A DNA stretch of 64,000 nucleotides from Verrucomicrobiales bacterium (GCA_031411295.1 JANOAV010000202.1:32001-96000), one strand, 5' to 3'; shown: positions 10,628 to 20,970, counted from the first letter of the stretch. Translations and numbers: made by a program. The notes: generated from the sequence alone by a model not told the origin.

Positions 10628-11608
10628 TCAGGGCACGCTAGCCTTGAGGCGAATAAAACGTTTCGGAGCTGATCCCTCGGCGGTGCGATCTCTCACTTCG
10701 AGGAGATCACTGTTACTCGGAAGGACTTCCACATCAGCGGCGGCGGAGCTCCAACTTTGCAAGTTGCTCGACACTTCGATGGACATGGTCGCCTGGCTGT
10801 AGCCACAGCGGGGCGCACTGAGCTTCAAATAACGACTAGCCCCCACGGTATGCCAACTTAACGTTGGCACCCAGACTCGAGTGGCGAGCATGGGGTCGCG
10901 GCCCATGGCATATTCCAACAGATTATTCATGCCGTCGTGGTCAGGATCTGCATTCCACCCGGAAATGGCAGCATTGGATAATTCGTCAACGCTGAAAACC
11001 AAGGATTTCCATGCATTAGGAGAAATCGTCGGAATCGGGGCACTCCCGACTGCAGCCATTTTCATGTTGAACCCGGCCCCGTTCACCTGCCCCACCGTGA
11101 GGTTGGTGGCATCGGCCATGCTCCAACTCAACGGGGTGCCGGGATTTCCTGGGATAACTACCGGCCACTTCCAAGTCGGGGCGCTGGCGAGGATCCACTG
11201 CCCATTGGAAGTCGAGCAATTGTGTCCCCAAATATAGCCGAACCGATTGGTCGCATACGGAGTCGCATTGCTCACCAGTTCATACGTGCCCCCAGCGAAG
11301 CCATTGGCAGGAATTCCGGGCACGAGTGGTTTGATATTGTAAATCGATCTCTGTGCAGGAACCCAATTCGCGGCCCACTGGGCGGTATTGGCACTGGTGG
11401 GAATGAATGCCCCCGTGAAAGCTCCCAGCTCAAATACCCATGAATCATCGATGGGCTGCCCGGTGCTGGTGAGGTCGATTCCCAAATAGGGACTGCTCCA
11501 AGTCACTGAAGCTCCCGACGCCACAATTTGCAGCCCGAACCACGCGGCGAGGATCGTCAGTGCGGTGATGAGACGATGCCGAATGGACGAGCGAAGCGCA
11601 GGGAACAC
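10628..11608 (-). CDS. Secreted protein with C-terminal DPDxDG..NxxEY...RFxRL domain; paralog of the adjacent PEP-CTERM protein
   Basis: Signal peptide; FELG.F...FIP domain; DPDHDGMNNLLEYAMGRDP...VSSNLQSW...RFIRL C-terminus. Confidence 0.75.
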   Translation of the reverse strand: MFPALRSSIRHRLITALTILAAWFGLQIVASGASVTWSSPYLGIDLTSTGQPIDDSWVFELGAFTGAFIPTSANTAQWAANWVPAQRSIYNIKPLVPGIPANGFAGGTYELVSNATPYATNRFGYIWGHNCSTSNGQWILASAPTWKWPVVIPGNPGTPLSWSMADATNLTVGQVNGAGFNMKMAAVGSAPIPTISPNAWKSLVFSVDELSNAAISGWNADPDHDGMNNLLEYAMGRDPMLATRVWVPTLSWHTVGASRYLKLSAPRCGYSQATMSIEVSSNLQSWSSAAADVEVLPSNSDLLEVRDRTAEGSAPKRFIRLKASVP

Positions 11609-11666
11609 TTGAAGCGGGGGGGAAGAAATTAAGCGTGGGCTCCGCGTGCTCGCCCTGCCGAAGATT

Positions 11667-12392
11667 TTATTTTCTCCGACGCGCCAAGCAGCTCAGACTG
11701 GCCACCACTAGCAACATGGCGCTGCCGGGCTCAGGCACAAAACTGTGCGTCTGGAATGAAAAGGATGATGAAGGTGGCTCGAACCTGCCGCCACCCGTGG
11801 ATGTCGGCGTTCCGCCAAATGGAGTTGCGTTCACATCCGGAGTGAACATGAATTGCGGGAGGACTTGCTGGCTGCCCGGCCCACTGGGCAGAACCCAGTC
11901 GGGGTTTTGGGGATCAACACTCCCCATTCGGGTATAAACTCCCCACTCCGTGGTCGCGTCCATCGCAGTATTATTGTAGATCCAGATGTAAACCTGCTCC
12001 CCTTGTTCAAACGTGGCCGATGGTGGGGGGACATCACCCACGGAAGGGCTCCAGTTACTCGTGCCAGCATTATACACCAAGGTAGCCGTGTCGGTAAAAA
12101 GTCGGGTGACAGTGTTGTAGTTGGTCGAGTCCAGCAGCTTCCAGTTATCGCGCCACAGCGGAATATTCGATTCGTCAGGAATGAAGCTGCTGCTTAAACC
12201 GTTGAATGTTCCCAGTTCAAAATGGAACGTATTGTCGAGCGGGGTGCCAGTGCTGGAGAGTGCAGTGCTATAGGGTTCACTTCCCCATTCGATGGAGTTA
12301 GCACGGCTAATCGCTCCTGCGAAAAGGAAGAATCCGAAAAAAACGAAGGCGGAATATCTCATAATTATAATTAACATACTAAAAATCTTCAC
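11667..12392 (-). CDS. PEP-CTERM sorting domain protein
   Basis: Signal peptide and C-terminal VPEPGSAMLLVVASLSCLARRRK. Confidence 0.92.
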   Translation of the reverse strand: MKIFSMLIIIMRYSAFVFFGFFLFAGAISRANSIEWGSEPYSTALSSTGTPLDNTFHFELGTFNGLSSSFIPDESNIPLWRDNWKLLDSTNYNTVTRLFTDTATLVYNAGTSNWSPSVGDVPPPSATFEQGEQVYIWIYNNTAMDATTEWGVYTRMGSVDPQNPDWVLPSGPGSQQVLPQFMFTPDVNATPFGGTPTSTGGGRFEPPSSSFSFQTHSFVPEPGSAMLLVVASLSCLARRRK

Positions 12393-12643
12393 ATCTTCAA
12401 CAATTTTTTTAATAAAAGTTGATTTTCAACATTATTACTTTTAATTCTTAATAATTATGATTCAACTCATTTTCGCGATGATTAGGCTAGCGATGTCTCA
12501 TCGACCGGAAACGGGGGTTTAAAATTGGGGCCAAGGAAGGCTTGAAGCCGGAAACGAATATTTTAATGGAGCCTGGGGGTGATAGGTCTGACCAGATTTA
12601 GGGGGACCTCGAGCGCTTTTCCAAATCCCTCGTTCGTTTCTCG

Positions 12644-12671
12644 TTGCAAGAAGAGCCTTGTGCGCTAGAAT
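12644..12671 (+). promoter_or_regulatory. Putative sigma70 promoter of hppA
   Basis: TTGCAA-N16-TAGAAT about 50 bp upstream of the ATG. Confidence 0.5.
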
Positions 12672-12720
12672 CCGCGCTCCCCATCCCCATCCGCCAACTA
12701 ACTGATTTAACCTCCTCCGT

Positions 12721-14805
12721 ATGCTGCAACTTCTTGCCACTAATGATTTCCTAATAACGAACGGCTTACCACTATCCTTGGGTTTGGGTGTGTTGGGCCT
12801 GCTCGTCGCCTTTGTTTTAATCCTTAAAATCCGCAAACTCTCGGACGGCAATGATGCGATGCGAGAAGTGGCAGGAGCCGTGCAAGAAGGCGCCAAGGCG
12901 TATTTAGGACGGCAAATTAAGGCCATCAGCCTGATTGCGCTGGTGCTGCTGGTGCTGCTCATCGCTTGGAAGAAATCTGCCGCCATCCCGCTGGGATTTC
13001 TCACTGGGGCGGTTTGCTCTTTGATTAGCGGTTATGTCGGGATGCGAGTGGCGGTTATCACCAATGTGCGGACGACCCAAGCTGCTTCCGAAAACGCCAC
13101 CAAGGCCCTGCGGGTTGCCTTCAATGGCGGAGCGGTGACTGGCTTGCTGGTCGTGGGGCTCGCCTTGCTCAGCGTAGGCATTAGCTACTGGGCACTGAGC
13201 CGTGGCGGGGATAAATCCCAAGCGGTGGACAGTTTAATTGGTCTGGCGTTGGGTGCGAGCTTAATCAGCGTATTTGCCCGTCTGGGTGGTGGAATTTATA
13301 CCAAAGCAGCGGATGTGGGTGCGGATTTGGTGGGGAAAGTGGAATCTGATTTAAATGAAGACGATCCCCGGAACCCTGCCACCATCGCGGATAACGTGGG
13401 TGACAACGTGGGCGATTGTGCCGGCATGGCCGCAGATGTGTTCGAAACTTATGCGGTAAGTTTGATTGGAGCGTTGCTGATCGGCTTCCTGCAATTGAAA
13501 GACTCGGCGGCTTTGGAGGGGGCCATGGCCTATCCCTTTGTGATCGGCGGCATTTCGGTAATCGGAGCCGTGCTGGGCATCGCTTGGATTAACATTCGCA
13601 ATGGAGCCAGCGCCACCCGCACCTTGGTGGAAGGCGTGGCGGTCAGTGGGATCGTTTCCGCGCTGCTTTATTGGCCAGCCACCACGATGTTGCTGCCAGA
13701 GTCCATCACCATCAATGGACACGCTTATTCCAACCTGCAAATTTACTGCGCCGCGCTGGTTGGCTTGCTCATGACAGGCGCGGTGGTCATGATTACCAAT
13801 TACTACACTTCCACGGCCCACGCCCCCGTGCGTAAGATTGCCAAAGCCTCCGAAACCGGCCATGCCACCAACATCATTGCTGGTCTCGTGGTAGGAAACA
13901 TGGCTACCGCCGCTCCGGTGATCCTCATCGCTCTCGCCATCTTCGCCAGTTACTCCTGTGGCGATCTCTTCGGAGTCGCCACCGCCGTCATGTCGATGCT
14001 TTCCATGGCCGGCATCATCATTTCCCTCGATGCCTTCGGTCCCATCACCGACAACGCGGGCGGTATCGCAGTGATGGCTGGATTGCCCGACAAGGTTCGG
14101 GAAACCACCGATGCACTGGATGCCGTCGGCAACACCATGAAAGCCGTCACCAAAGGCTACGCCATCGCTTCCGCTGGCTTGGCCGCGTTGGTGCTGTTTG
14201 GTTCGTATTATTTGGAACTGGAAAGACATATGGGTATTCCCATGGCGTTCTCATTGAAAAATCCGAACGTGCTCATCGGCATGTTTATCGGAGGCTTACT
14301 ACCCTTTATCTTCAGCGCCTTCGCGATGAGTGCGGTGGAAAAAGCCGCTGCGGCGGTTGTGCTCGAAGTGCGTCGCCAAAAGAAAGAGCGTCCCGGCATC
14401 ATGGACGGCAGTCAGAAGCCAGACTACGCCGCCTGTGTGAGTATCGTGACCTCTGCCGCCCTGCGGGAAATGATCATTCCAGCCCTCCTGCCAGTGGTGG
14501 CCGTGCTGGTGGTTGCCTCCATCAAACCCCTTGGACCAGAAGCTCTGGGCGGGATGCTCGTAGGAACCATCGTTACGGGTCTCTTCGTCGGGATTTCCAT
14601 GACCTCCAGTGGTGGGGCTTGGGATAACGCCAAGAAATTCATCGAAGAAGGCAACCACGGCGGCAAACATAGCGATGCTCACAAAGCTTCCGTAACGGGC
14701 GATACCGTGGGAGATCCCTACAAAGACACCTCCGGCCCAGCCATCAACCCGATGATTAAAGTGGTCAACATCGTGGCCATCCTCACCATCGAACTCTTCT
14801 GGTAG
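12721..14805 (+). CDS. hppA: Membrane-bound H+-translocating pyrophosphatase (K+-independent type)
   Basis: [54 protein letters not shown]. Confidence 0.96.
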   Translation: MLQLLATNDFLITNGLPLSLGLGVLGLLVAFVLILKIRKLSDGNDAMREVAGAVQEGAKAYLGRQIKAISLIALVLLVLLIAWKKSAAIPLGFLTGAVCSLISGYVGMRVAVITNVRTTQAASENATKALRVAFNGGAVTGLLVVGLALLSVGISYWALSRGGDKSQAVDSLIGLALGASLISVFARLGGGIYTKAADVGADLVGKVESDLNEDDPRNPATIADNVGDNVGDCAGMAADVFETYAVSLIGALLIGFLQLKDSAALEGAMAYPFVIGGISVIGAVLGIAWINIRNGASATRTLVEGVAVSGIVSALLYWPATTMLLPESITINGHAYSNLQIYCAALVGLLMTGAVVMITNYYTSTAHAPVRKIAKASETGHATNIIAGLVVGNMATAAPVILIALAIFASYSCGDLFGVATAVMSMLSMAGIIISLDAFGPITDNAGGIAVMAGLPDKVRETTDALDAVGNTMKAVTKGYAIASAGLAALVLFGSYYLELERHMGIPMAFSLKNPNVLIGMFIGGLLPFIFSAFAMSAVEKAAAAVVLEVRRQKKERPGIMDGSQKPDYAACVSIVTSAALREMIIPALLPVVAVLVVASIKPLGPEALGGMLVGTIVTGLFVGISMTSSGGAWDNAKKFIEEGNHGGKHSDAHKASVTGDTVGDPYKDTSGPAINPMIKVVNIVAILTIELFW

Positions 14806-14854
14806 CACCGGACGCGGGAGTCCCCACTGCCGGAACCCCTCGCTCAAGCCCACC

Positions 14855-15592
14855 ATGGTCCGATCTCTTACCTGGCTGGCCATGCTCGTGGCCACCACAG
14901 GGGCCCGCGCGGAGCTTGCGCCTGCTCAACTTGCAGGAGCAGCTGCTCCGCCTGCGGAAACCTTCATACTAACTTCGGGAGGTAAGCGTTTTGTCGTTTC
15001 CCATCCGCAGGAGGAGATTCGAGTGGAACTCATTTCCGCTGAGGCCAAACTCACACCGCTCCTCTCCGCCAAACCTCCCGTGGCCGAGACTTCCCCCATC
15101 CTGGCTGATGATGCCGCCAAGCTCCCGAAGCTGGGCGGAGCTGCCATCTGGCAGAACCAACTGGTGTGCTGCCTGACGCGGGAATCCGCCCTCCTCTTCA
15201 TCGACCTCAAGGCCGCCCGCATCACCTCCCGCCAATCCCTTCCGGACTTTACCGCTCCCAGAGCTGCGGCGTATGATCCAACCGGCCGACTCTGGATGTT
15301 CAGTGGCAACAGCCTTACGGAAATAGCCATCACCAGCGACGGACACTTCAATCCGATCCATCACGAGGGTAACTTTGATCAACCAGAACACTTGGCCATT
15401 ACCGCGGAGGGTAAATTTTACGTAGCAGAACATGGCGCTCAGCCTCGGCTGGGAATCCTTTCAGCTGAACGTAAACCGCTCCAGAGCATCGCGTTCGCCA
15501 AGGGGGAATGGTGCGCAGCCATCACCATGAATGGAGCGGAGCCGTGCGTTTGGCTGAATTCAGCGAAACGGTTTGCCCTCCCTAAGAAATAA
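14855..15592 (+). CDS. Hypothetical exported protein, NHL/beta-propeller-like
   Basis: Signal peptide; PRAAAYDPTGRLW and PEHLAITAEGKFYVAE blade-like motifs. Confidence 0.55.
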   Translation: MVRSLTWLAMLVATTGARAELAPAQLAGAAAPPAETFILTSGGKRFVVSHPQEEIRVELISAEAKLTPLLSAKPPVAETSPILADDAAKLPKLGGAAIWQNQLVCCLTRESALLFIDLKAARITSRQSLPDFTAPRAAAYDPTGRLWMFSGNSLTEIAITSDGHFNPIHHEGNFDQPEHLAITAEGKFYVAEHGAQPRLGILSAERKPLQSIAFAKGEWCAAITMNGAEPCVWLNSAKRFALPKK

Positions 15593-16319
15593 AACGTCTA
15601 GCAAGAATGACGCCGATCAGCGTCAACGCTATAATAACAATAGTGACTCCAAGATGAGTTCGCTGACCCGCTGCTTCGGCCGTCGAAGCTGCCTCCTGTT
15701 TAATGTTGGTTGGTTCTGGGTGCGCTCTATCCAAAATCCGCTTGATTGAAGCCTGGACATTAGCGTCTTTATAGTTTCCCCTCGTGATCATGGGCACAAT
15801 CACATTGGTAAAATGGTCATCTGGGTATTTAAAATCAGGTGATGGCAATGTATACTCGATTCTGGTCCGGTCCGTTGACCTTATCTCCATAGCTCCAGCA
15901 GCATCAGTAACAATTTGTAAGTTGGATAGCAATAAGCCTTCTGCTCCGAACTCTACATCCCCCCAACCCACGTCAATCTCAAAGGAAGTGTTTGGTTTGC
16001 GTAAAAAAAATGGCTTATCTATTAAGAAGCTACAGCGCTGAGCCTCCCCGACAGAAAGAACTTGGCTTCCTCCATGCAAGCCATCGTCCAATATCCTTTT
16101 TTTGGGTAGGCCAGATGAGCCATCCCAGAAATGGAATCCACGGAATATCCCCGTTTGATACGAGATTTTGTGACCTGTGTTATTTTTTATGCTAACTTCA
16201 ATCTTGTTCTCGACCTGCGTAACCTCTATATCTAAAGGGGCACCGTTGATATAGGTGCCAGCTATGAAGAGTAACCAAATCCAAACAGAAAAATTACCGC
16301 CCTTAAAATTCGTTGTCAT
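15582..16319 (-). CDS. Hypothetical AT-rich exported protein with C-terminal TM anchor (paralog A)
   Basis: Hydrophobic N-terminus, C-terminal TM plus RR; start uncertain (frame open to 16508). Confidence 0.6.
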   Translation of the reverse strand: MTTNFKGGNFSVWIWLLFIAGTYINGAPLDIEVTQVENKIEVSIKNNTGHKISYQTGIFRGFHFWDGSSGLPKKRILDDGLHGGSQVLSVGEAQRCSFLIDKPFFLRKPNTSFEIDVGWGDVEFGAEGLLLSNLQIVTDAAGAMEIRSTDRTRIEYTLPSPDFKYPDDHFTNVIVPMITRGNYKDANVQASIKRILDRAHPEPTNIKQEAASTAEAAGQRTHLGVTIVIIALTLIGVILARRFIS

Positions 16320-16596
16320 CGCTAGGGATACGCTGGTGATAGGGAAGCATGCCAGAGTCCGCCATGGTTGGTGATTAGCGCGGCGGGTTCTTTTTCTAAG
16401 TGCGAATGAGTGCGCCACGAAGGGATTCTCAATGTAAGGCCCTTGGACCTCCGTGTCAAACCATCTCATCATCGCACGTGGTGATCGGTTGGAACTGCTG
16501 TCCTCCAAAGTCGGGCTCTACGCGCGGGTAATTCTCCTCGGCTGTCCTTCCCACTGGGCGCGGTCCTGCCCAGTGAGCGATTTGCTGCCGGGGCGA

Positions 16597-17673
16597 TCAT
16601 TTCTTTCCTGGCGTCGCCTTTTTGGCATTTGCTGCTGCGGCAGTTCCTTTGACTTGGGCGGTCATTTGGAGTTTTAGATTGGCATCAGTCAGCACTTCCA
16701 GCCAGCCGAGCGCGCCTTCCAAATTGGTCGCTGCCATGGTCTTGGCGATGCCGCAGATCACGGCTTCGGCTCCGGGGGAGTCGGCGTGTTCGATGACCCA
16801 ATTGGAAACTTCGTCGATGCTCTTTTTGGCCCATAGTTCGGCTACCGCTTGGGGCGCTTGCTTGACGCGGGTGGGTTCCAGGGTGTTGAAGGCCACGGCC
16901 CATTCCAATGCTTTGGCAGGGTCTTTTTCCGCCCATGCGAGTGCGGCGGATTTGACTCCTTCCAAATTCAGGTATTTTTGCCCACCATGCGCCAGCAGCC
17001 ATTGGCAGGTTGCTTCTGGTTTTCCTTCTAGCGTAGCAGCACCCTGGCGGATGCGGATGACTTCTCCGAAGAGCTTTCTTGGCCCCTCCGCATCTTTTCC
17101 CAGTTTCTCAGACCAAGCTGCTACGAACTTGGCGGACGCATTGAAATCCACGGCAATCGTCAACGCCCGCACGGCATCTCCACCCACGCGTTGTTGCACC
17201 CAGTCCGGTGCACTTAGGAAGAATTTGGTGACTTCATCCGCGCTCTTTTGGGAAAGCCCCCAGACCAAGGCTCCCGCCAGTTGGTTCTTCATTTCTCCGC
17301 CAGCCAATCCCTCCCACCAGGCTTTGGCCCCAGCTGGATCTTGCGCAGCCCAACCGACAAGCCCGCGCCAGCACTTGGTAAATTTGCCTGTGGCAGCTTC
17401 TTCTGCTTTCCACGTTTCCAAGGCATCTTTGCCTGCAACTTCGCCAATGCGAGTCAATGCCAGTTCCCATTGTTCAGTGAACGTGGCTCCGGTCTGGATC
17501 GTTTGTTGGGTGCAGCCTTCCAAATAATCCCGCCAATTCGCCTTGGTCATCGCTTTCATGGACTCGGAGAACTTTGCCCAGCGTTGGATTTCGTTGGGCA
17601 TACCGAGGAGAGGGGGGGCGGCAAAGTCAAGAATAGCAGTGTATAGCCAGAGCAGCGTTAAATTTGGCAACAT
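16597..17673 (-). CDS. Hypothetical helical-repeat protein (WA..DP..A..W repeats)
   Basis: GWAAQDPAGAKAWW, AWAEKDPAKALEW and LWAKKSIDEVSNW repeats; hydrophobic N-terminus. Confidence 0.7.
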   Translation of the reverse strand: MLPNLTLLWLYTAILDFAAPPLLGMPNEIQRWAKFSESMKAMTKANWRDYLEGCTQQTIQTGATFTEQWELALTRIGEVAGKDALETWKAEEAATGKFTKCWRGLVGWAAQDPAGAKAWWEGLAGGEMKNQLAGALVWGLSQKSADEVTKFFLSAPDWVQQRVGGDAVRALTIAVDFNASAKFVAAWSEKLGKDAEGPRKLFGEVIRIRQGAATLEGKPEATCQWLLAHGGQKYLNLEGVKSAALAWAEKDPAKALEWAVAFNTLEPTRVKQAPQAVAELWAKKSIDEVSNWVIEHADSPGAEAVICGIAKTMAATNLEGALGWLEVLTDANLKLQMTAQVKGTAAAANAKKATPGKK

Positions 17674-17755
17674 GATGCGGAGATAGAGAAAAGGCACTGT
17701 TCGTGGATATTGAAAGGGTCCTTAGAATACTGAATTAGTGCTGGAGTAAGCACAA

Positions 17756-18544
17756 TTAGAATTTCATCCTGCCTTTAGCCTCTCGTGTTAACGAAATTTT
17801 TCGCGATAGCACGACGACTATCGACGACGCCCCAATTAGTATCAGCAGTATTGGCATCCAGTGAGTTGCGGTCAACGAATGTTGTTTTTCACTACCGGTA
17901 TTCATCGATGGCTCTATAACCGTCTGCGCTGGAACGCCAGCTGCTTTTCCATTAATAGTTAACCGAGGCAGAGTTTCGGCAATTATTGGAACAATCCCTT
18001 GGGAATCTTGGACCGCTTTTTCAATTGCTGCCCTGGGATCGTAGTTCGGGATTCCAAGTATTTGCGTAACTTTCGTTGATTCGTTGCTTTCGATCTCGAA
18101 ATTGCTATTTGCATCTGTTTTTAACGAAAGATTTTCAATGGAGACTCCTGCTCCGCCTAACGTGATATCACCCCAACTGATCTCCAAGCCGTAAGCCGAG
18201 CTAGGGGCCAGATCCACGTAAGACTTGGGATGTAATTTGACTTTTTGTTTTGAACCTGGAAGTAGAGATTGAACCATTTTCCCGCCAACCATGTTTGAGT
18301 CGAAAGGGATTGCGGCGCATCCCGGTGGATGAAGCGTCAAACGGAACCCCATGGTGCCCTTGGTGGCAGCGTGCAGTATGGGGTGGTTGGACTGGTTCAG
18401 AACCTCTAACTCCAAAGACTTGGATCCGGGTGAGTAAAAAATTTGAACATTAATATTGGACGATCCCGTGTTGCCGGTTTGGCCACAATGCGCAACCACT
18501 TTGAAGACCACAAATAATACGTAAAATATTGCTAGACGTATCAT
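17756..18544 (-). CDS. Hypothetical AT-rich exported protein with C-terminal TM anchor (paralog B)
   Basis: MIRLAIFYVLFVVFKVVAHC leader; C-terminal TM plus basic tail; alignable with 15582..16319. Confidence 0.65.
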   Translation of the reverse strand: MIRLAIFYVLFVVFKVVAHCGQTGNTGSSNINVQIFYSPGSKSLELEVLNQSNHPILHAATKGTMGFRLTLHPPGCAAIPFDSNMVGGKMVQSLLPGSKQKVKLHPKSYVDLAPSSAYGLEISWGDITLGGAGVSIENLSLKTDANSNFEIESNESTKVTQILGIPNYDPRAAIEKAVQDSQGIVPIIAETLPRLTINGKAAGVPAQTVIEPSMNTGSEKQHSLTATHWMPILLILIGASSIVVVLSRKISLTREAKGRMKF

Positions 18545-18545
18545 T

Positions 18546-18815
18546 CTAAAGTGTCGGTTGGGTTGGTGCAGCTCCTGGTTCCCCCCATTTGATGTCGCGA
18601 GCAGACTCAATGATACTTTCAGACGCGTTTTTGCTCCACACAGGCTGCGTATCTGTGTCTAAAAAGTCCGAATGTTCAGTTTTCTTCGCTGGCGAATGAC
18701 TGGCACTTAGCACGGTATAAGCCGGATCACCAGCATTTTTCTTTACCAAACACAAGGTTACCAAACACAAGGTGGCGGCCATATTATTGGCAGAATACAT
18801 TGACGCTGGTTTCAT
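18546..18815 (-). CDS. Short AT-rich ORF or gene remnant abutting paralog B
   Basis: 89 codons; its TAG lies 1 nt before the next ATG; carries an in-frame 15-bp duplication. Confidence 0.35.
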   Translation of the reverse strand: MKPASMYSANNMAATLCLVTLCLVKKNAGDPAYTVLSASHSPAKKTEHSDFLDTDTQPVWSKNASESIIESARDIKWGEPGAAPTQPTL

Positions 18816-18864
18816 GATTTTTCAGAGTTACGGAGAGCTGGAGCGTGGTTTGGGTTGGAGGCCG

Positions 18865-19902
18865 CTAGCCTACTCCCTTTTGTAAGTCGCGCAAGACCCG
18901 CAGGTCTCCGGCCTCGACTCCTTTGAGTTTCCTGGCCCCGCTTTTCCGATTTTTGCCAAATCGTTCCCGCACTGATTCAAAGACCCCATTCACGAAGCCT
19001 GCGCTGCCAAAGATTCCGCCTCGCGTTAGGTAATTCACTTTGATCCGCAGCATTTGCCCTCGGGAGAGCTTCCCGCCCGCAGCATGAACAGCTTCGATGG
19101 TTTCCAGCTTGAACCCTGCTCGATACGCCACGCCTTCTGCTGGCAAAATCTCCTGTCCTTCCCCGTAGAGCCACAAACGATATTTTGCCGCCACAGCTTC
19201 CCAGTCAGCTGAATTTTCCGCTCCGAGCACTCGGCCCACGACGGATAATCCATCACGGGCTTTGGCCCCGGCATTGCCTGCACCCACGGCTTCACCATAG
19301 CCGCTCCAGGCATATTCTGCTGGATCTTCGACGATTTTGGCGCGGATCGGATTCAGGTCAATGTAAGCCGCCATGGTGGCCAGCGCTTCCCCGGCCCCTT
19401 CCACCAGCACACTGCGGAATCGCTCCTCCCACAAGGTCCCCCGACGTCCCACGCGTTTGTTATACCAGACGGAAAACGCCTGTTTCACATCCTGCATTAA
19501 ATTACTAACGTTAAACATCCGCTTCTCATACCCCGCAATGATTTCCGGAATCAGCTTCTCGCAGCCGTTCCCCCGATACATCTCAAATAGCCGCCGCAAT
19601 TCCTCCGCCTTCCCATGCCCCAGGCTCTTGGAAAGATGCACCAGAAATGACGCTTCCGTAAACATCGGCCCCGAGCCAGTCGGACGCGGAGGAACTTCCA
19701 CCAACAAATGAAAATGGTTCGTCATGATGCAATAAGTCACCACCCGCACCCCATGCAGCGCCTCGTAGCGACGCATCTGCTTAAGCAGAAACGCCTTCTC
19801 TTCAGCCTCCAGCAAGAACTTACGGTCATAGCATCTGGAAACCACGTGGTAGTAGGCAACAGCCTCCAAATCGGCGGGACGGAATCGGTATCGGGTAGTC
19901 AT
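18865..19902 (-). mobile_element. Y1/HUH tyrosine transposase, REP-associated (RAYT, IS200-like)
   Basis: YYHVVSR, YCIMTNHFHLLV (HUH), GTLWEERFRS, YIDLNPIRA (catalytic Tyr). Confidence 0.88.
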
Positions 19903-20089
19903 GGGGTGAACATTATGGGAATTCCAGCAGGAGTCAATAGCTTTACTATAAACAGCATGGCATATAGTTATTCAGCGGCCAAGTGTGGAGCCGGATCAAC
20001 AACATTTCCGCGATGGGCAAGGCTTCGCACCATTTGCGTGCCCTGCACTCTGGGCCTTGCAGTCTGGGTGAACAAATGCTGATTAGGGC

Positions 20090-20869
20090 ATGATTACCCT
20101 TGAAGGAAAAACCGCATTTATTAGTGGCACCTCGCGTGGCCTTGGACTGGGCTTTGCCCGCACGCTAGCCAAGGCTGGCTGTGACTTGATTGTTACCAGC
20201 CGCACCCTGGCCTCACTGGAGCCCATCGTGCAGGAAATCACCGCTCTCGGTCGGAAATGCCTGCCACTCGCGCTCGACGTCCGTTCCCACGACAGCATTA
20301 AAGCCGCCGCCGCCGCCGCCCTGGCCGTCTTCCCAAAAATCGATATCCTAGTGAACAACGCCGGCTGCAATGCCCGCAAACCAGCCCTGGAAGTAACCTG
20401 GGACGACTGGAACTTGGTCCTGGAAACCAACCTGCGGGGATCTTTTTTCCTCTCCCAAGCGCTGGCCCCCAGTATGATCGCGAATGGCGGGGGTAAGATC
20501 GTCATGATCGGCAGCGTCACCTGCGTGGCCGGTTATGCTGGCCTGGCACCCTATGGTGCCAGTCGGGGCGGCGTGAAGCAGTTAACCATGAGCCTGGCCT
20601 CCGATTGGGGGCCGCATGGCATCAACGTGAATTGCCTGGCCCCCGGATGGTTCAAGACCGAGCAGAACAAAATGCTCTACGAAGATCCGGGTTGGGTGGA
20701 CTACCTTTGTGAGCGCATCCCGCTGGGCCGCCCCGGTCGCCCGGGGGACTTGGATGGCATGCTCCTTTTCCTGGCCTCCAGCGCCAGCGATTACGTTACC
20801 GGCCAGACTTTCCTCGTGGACGGCGGCATTTCCGTGGGCCAAACGCGGGCCACGGTCGCCAAAAAGTGA
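20090..20869 (+). CDS. SDR oxidoreductase (gluconate 5-dehydrogenase/KduD-like)
   Basis: SGTSRGLG, NNAG, YGASR (Arg in place of the usual Lys), PGWFKT, VDGG. Confidence 0.88.
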   Translation: MITLEGKTAFISGTSRGLGLGFARTLAKAGCDLIVTSRTLASLEPIVQEITALGRKCLPLALDVRSHDSIKAAAAAALAVFPKIDILVNNAGCNARKPALEVTWDDWNLVLETNLRGSFFLSQALAPSMIANGGGKIVMIGSVTCVAGYAGLAPYGASRGGVKQLTMSLASDWGPHGINVNCLAPGWFKTEQNKMLYEDPGWVDYLCERIPLGRPGRPGDLDGMLLFLASSASDYVTGQTFLVDGGISVGQTRATVAKK

Positions 20870-20938
20870 TCCAAAAGGGGCCTTTTACCCGTGAAATGGC
20901 GAATTTTCACGATTTGGTGAAAAAAAGTGCGGAAAGTT

Positions 20939-20966
20939 TGTAACGTTTTCCGAAAAAATCCGAATT
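20939..20966 (+). promoter_or_regulatory. Putative ECF-sigma promoter
   Basis: TGTAAC-N16-CGAA ending about 7 nt before the structured element. Confidence 0.45.
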
Positions 20967-20970
20967 CAAT

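Noticed and set aside
16510..16576. GTAG-headed half motif and CACTGGGC/GCCCAGTG hairpin as a REP
   Set aside because: Single copy and does not match the 59.8-kb repeats; may be just a terminator-like hairpin.
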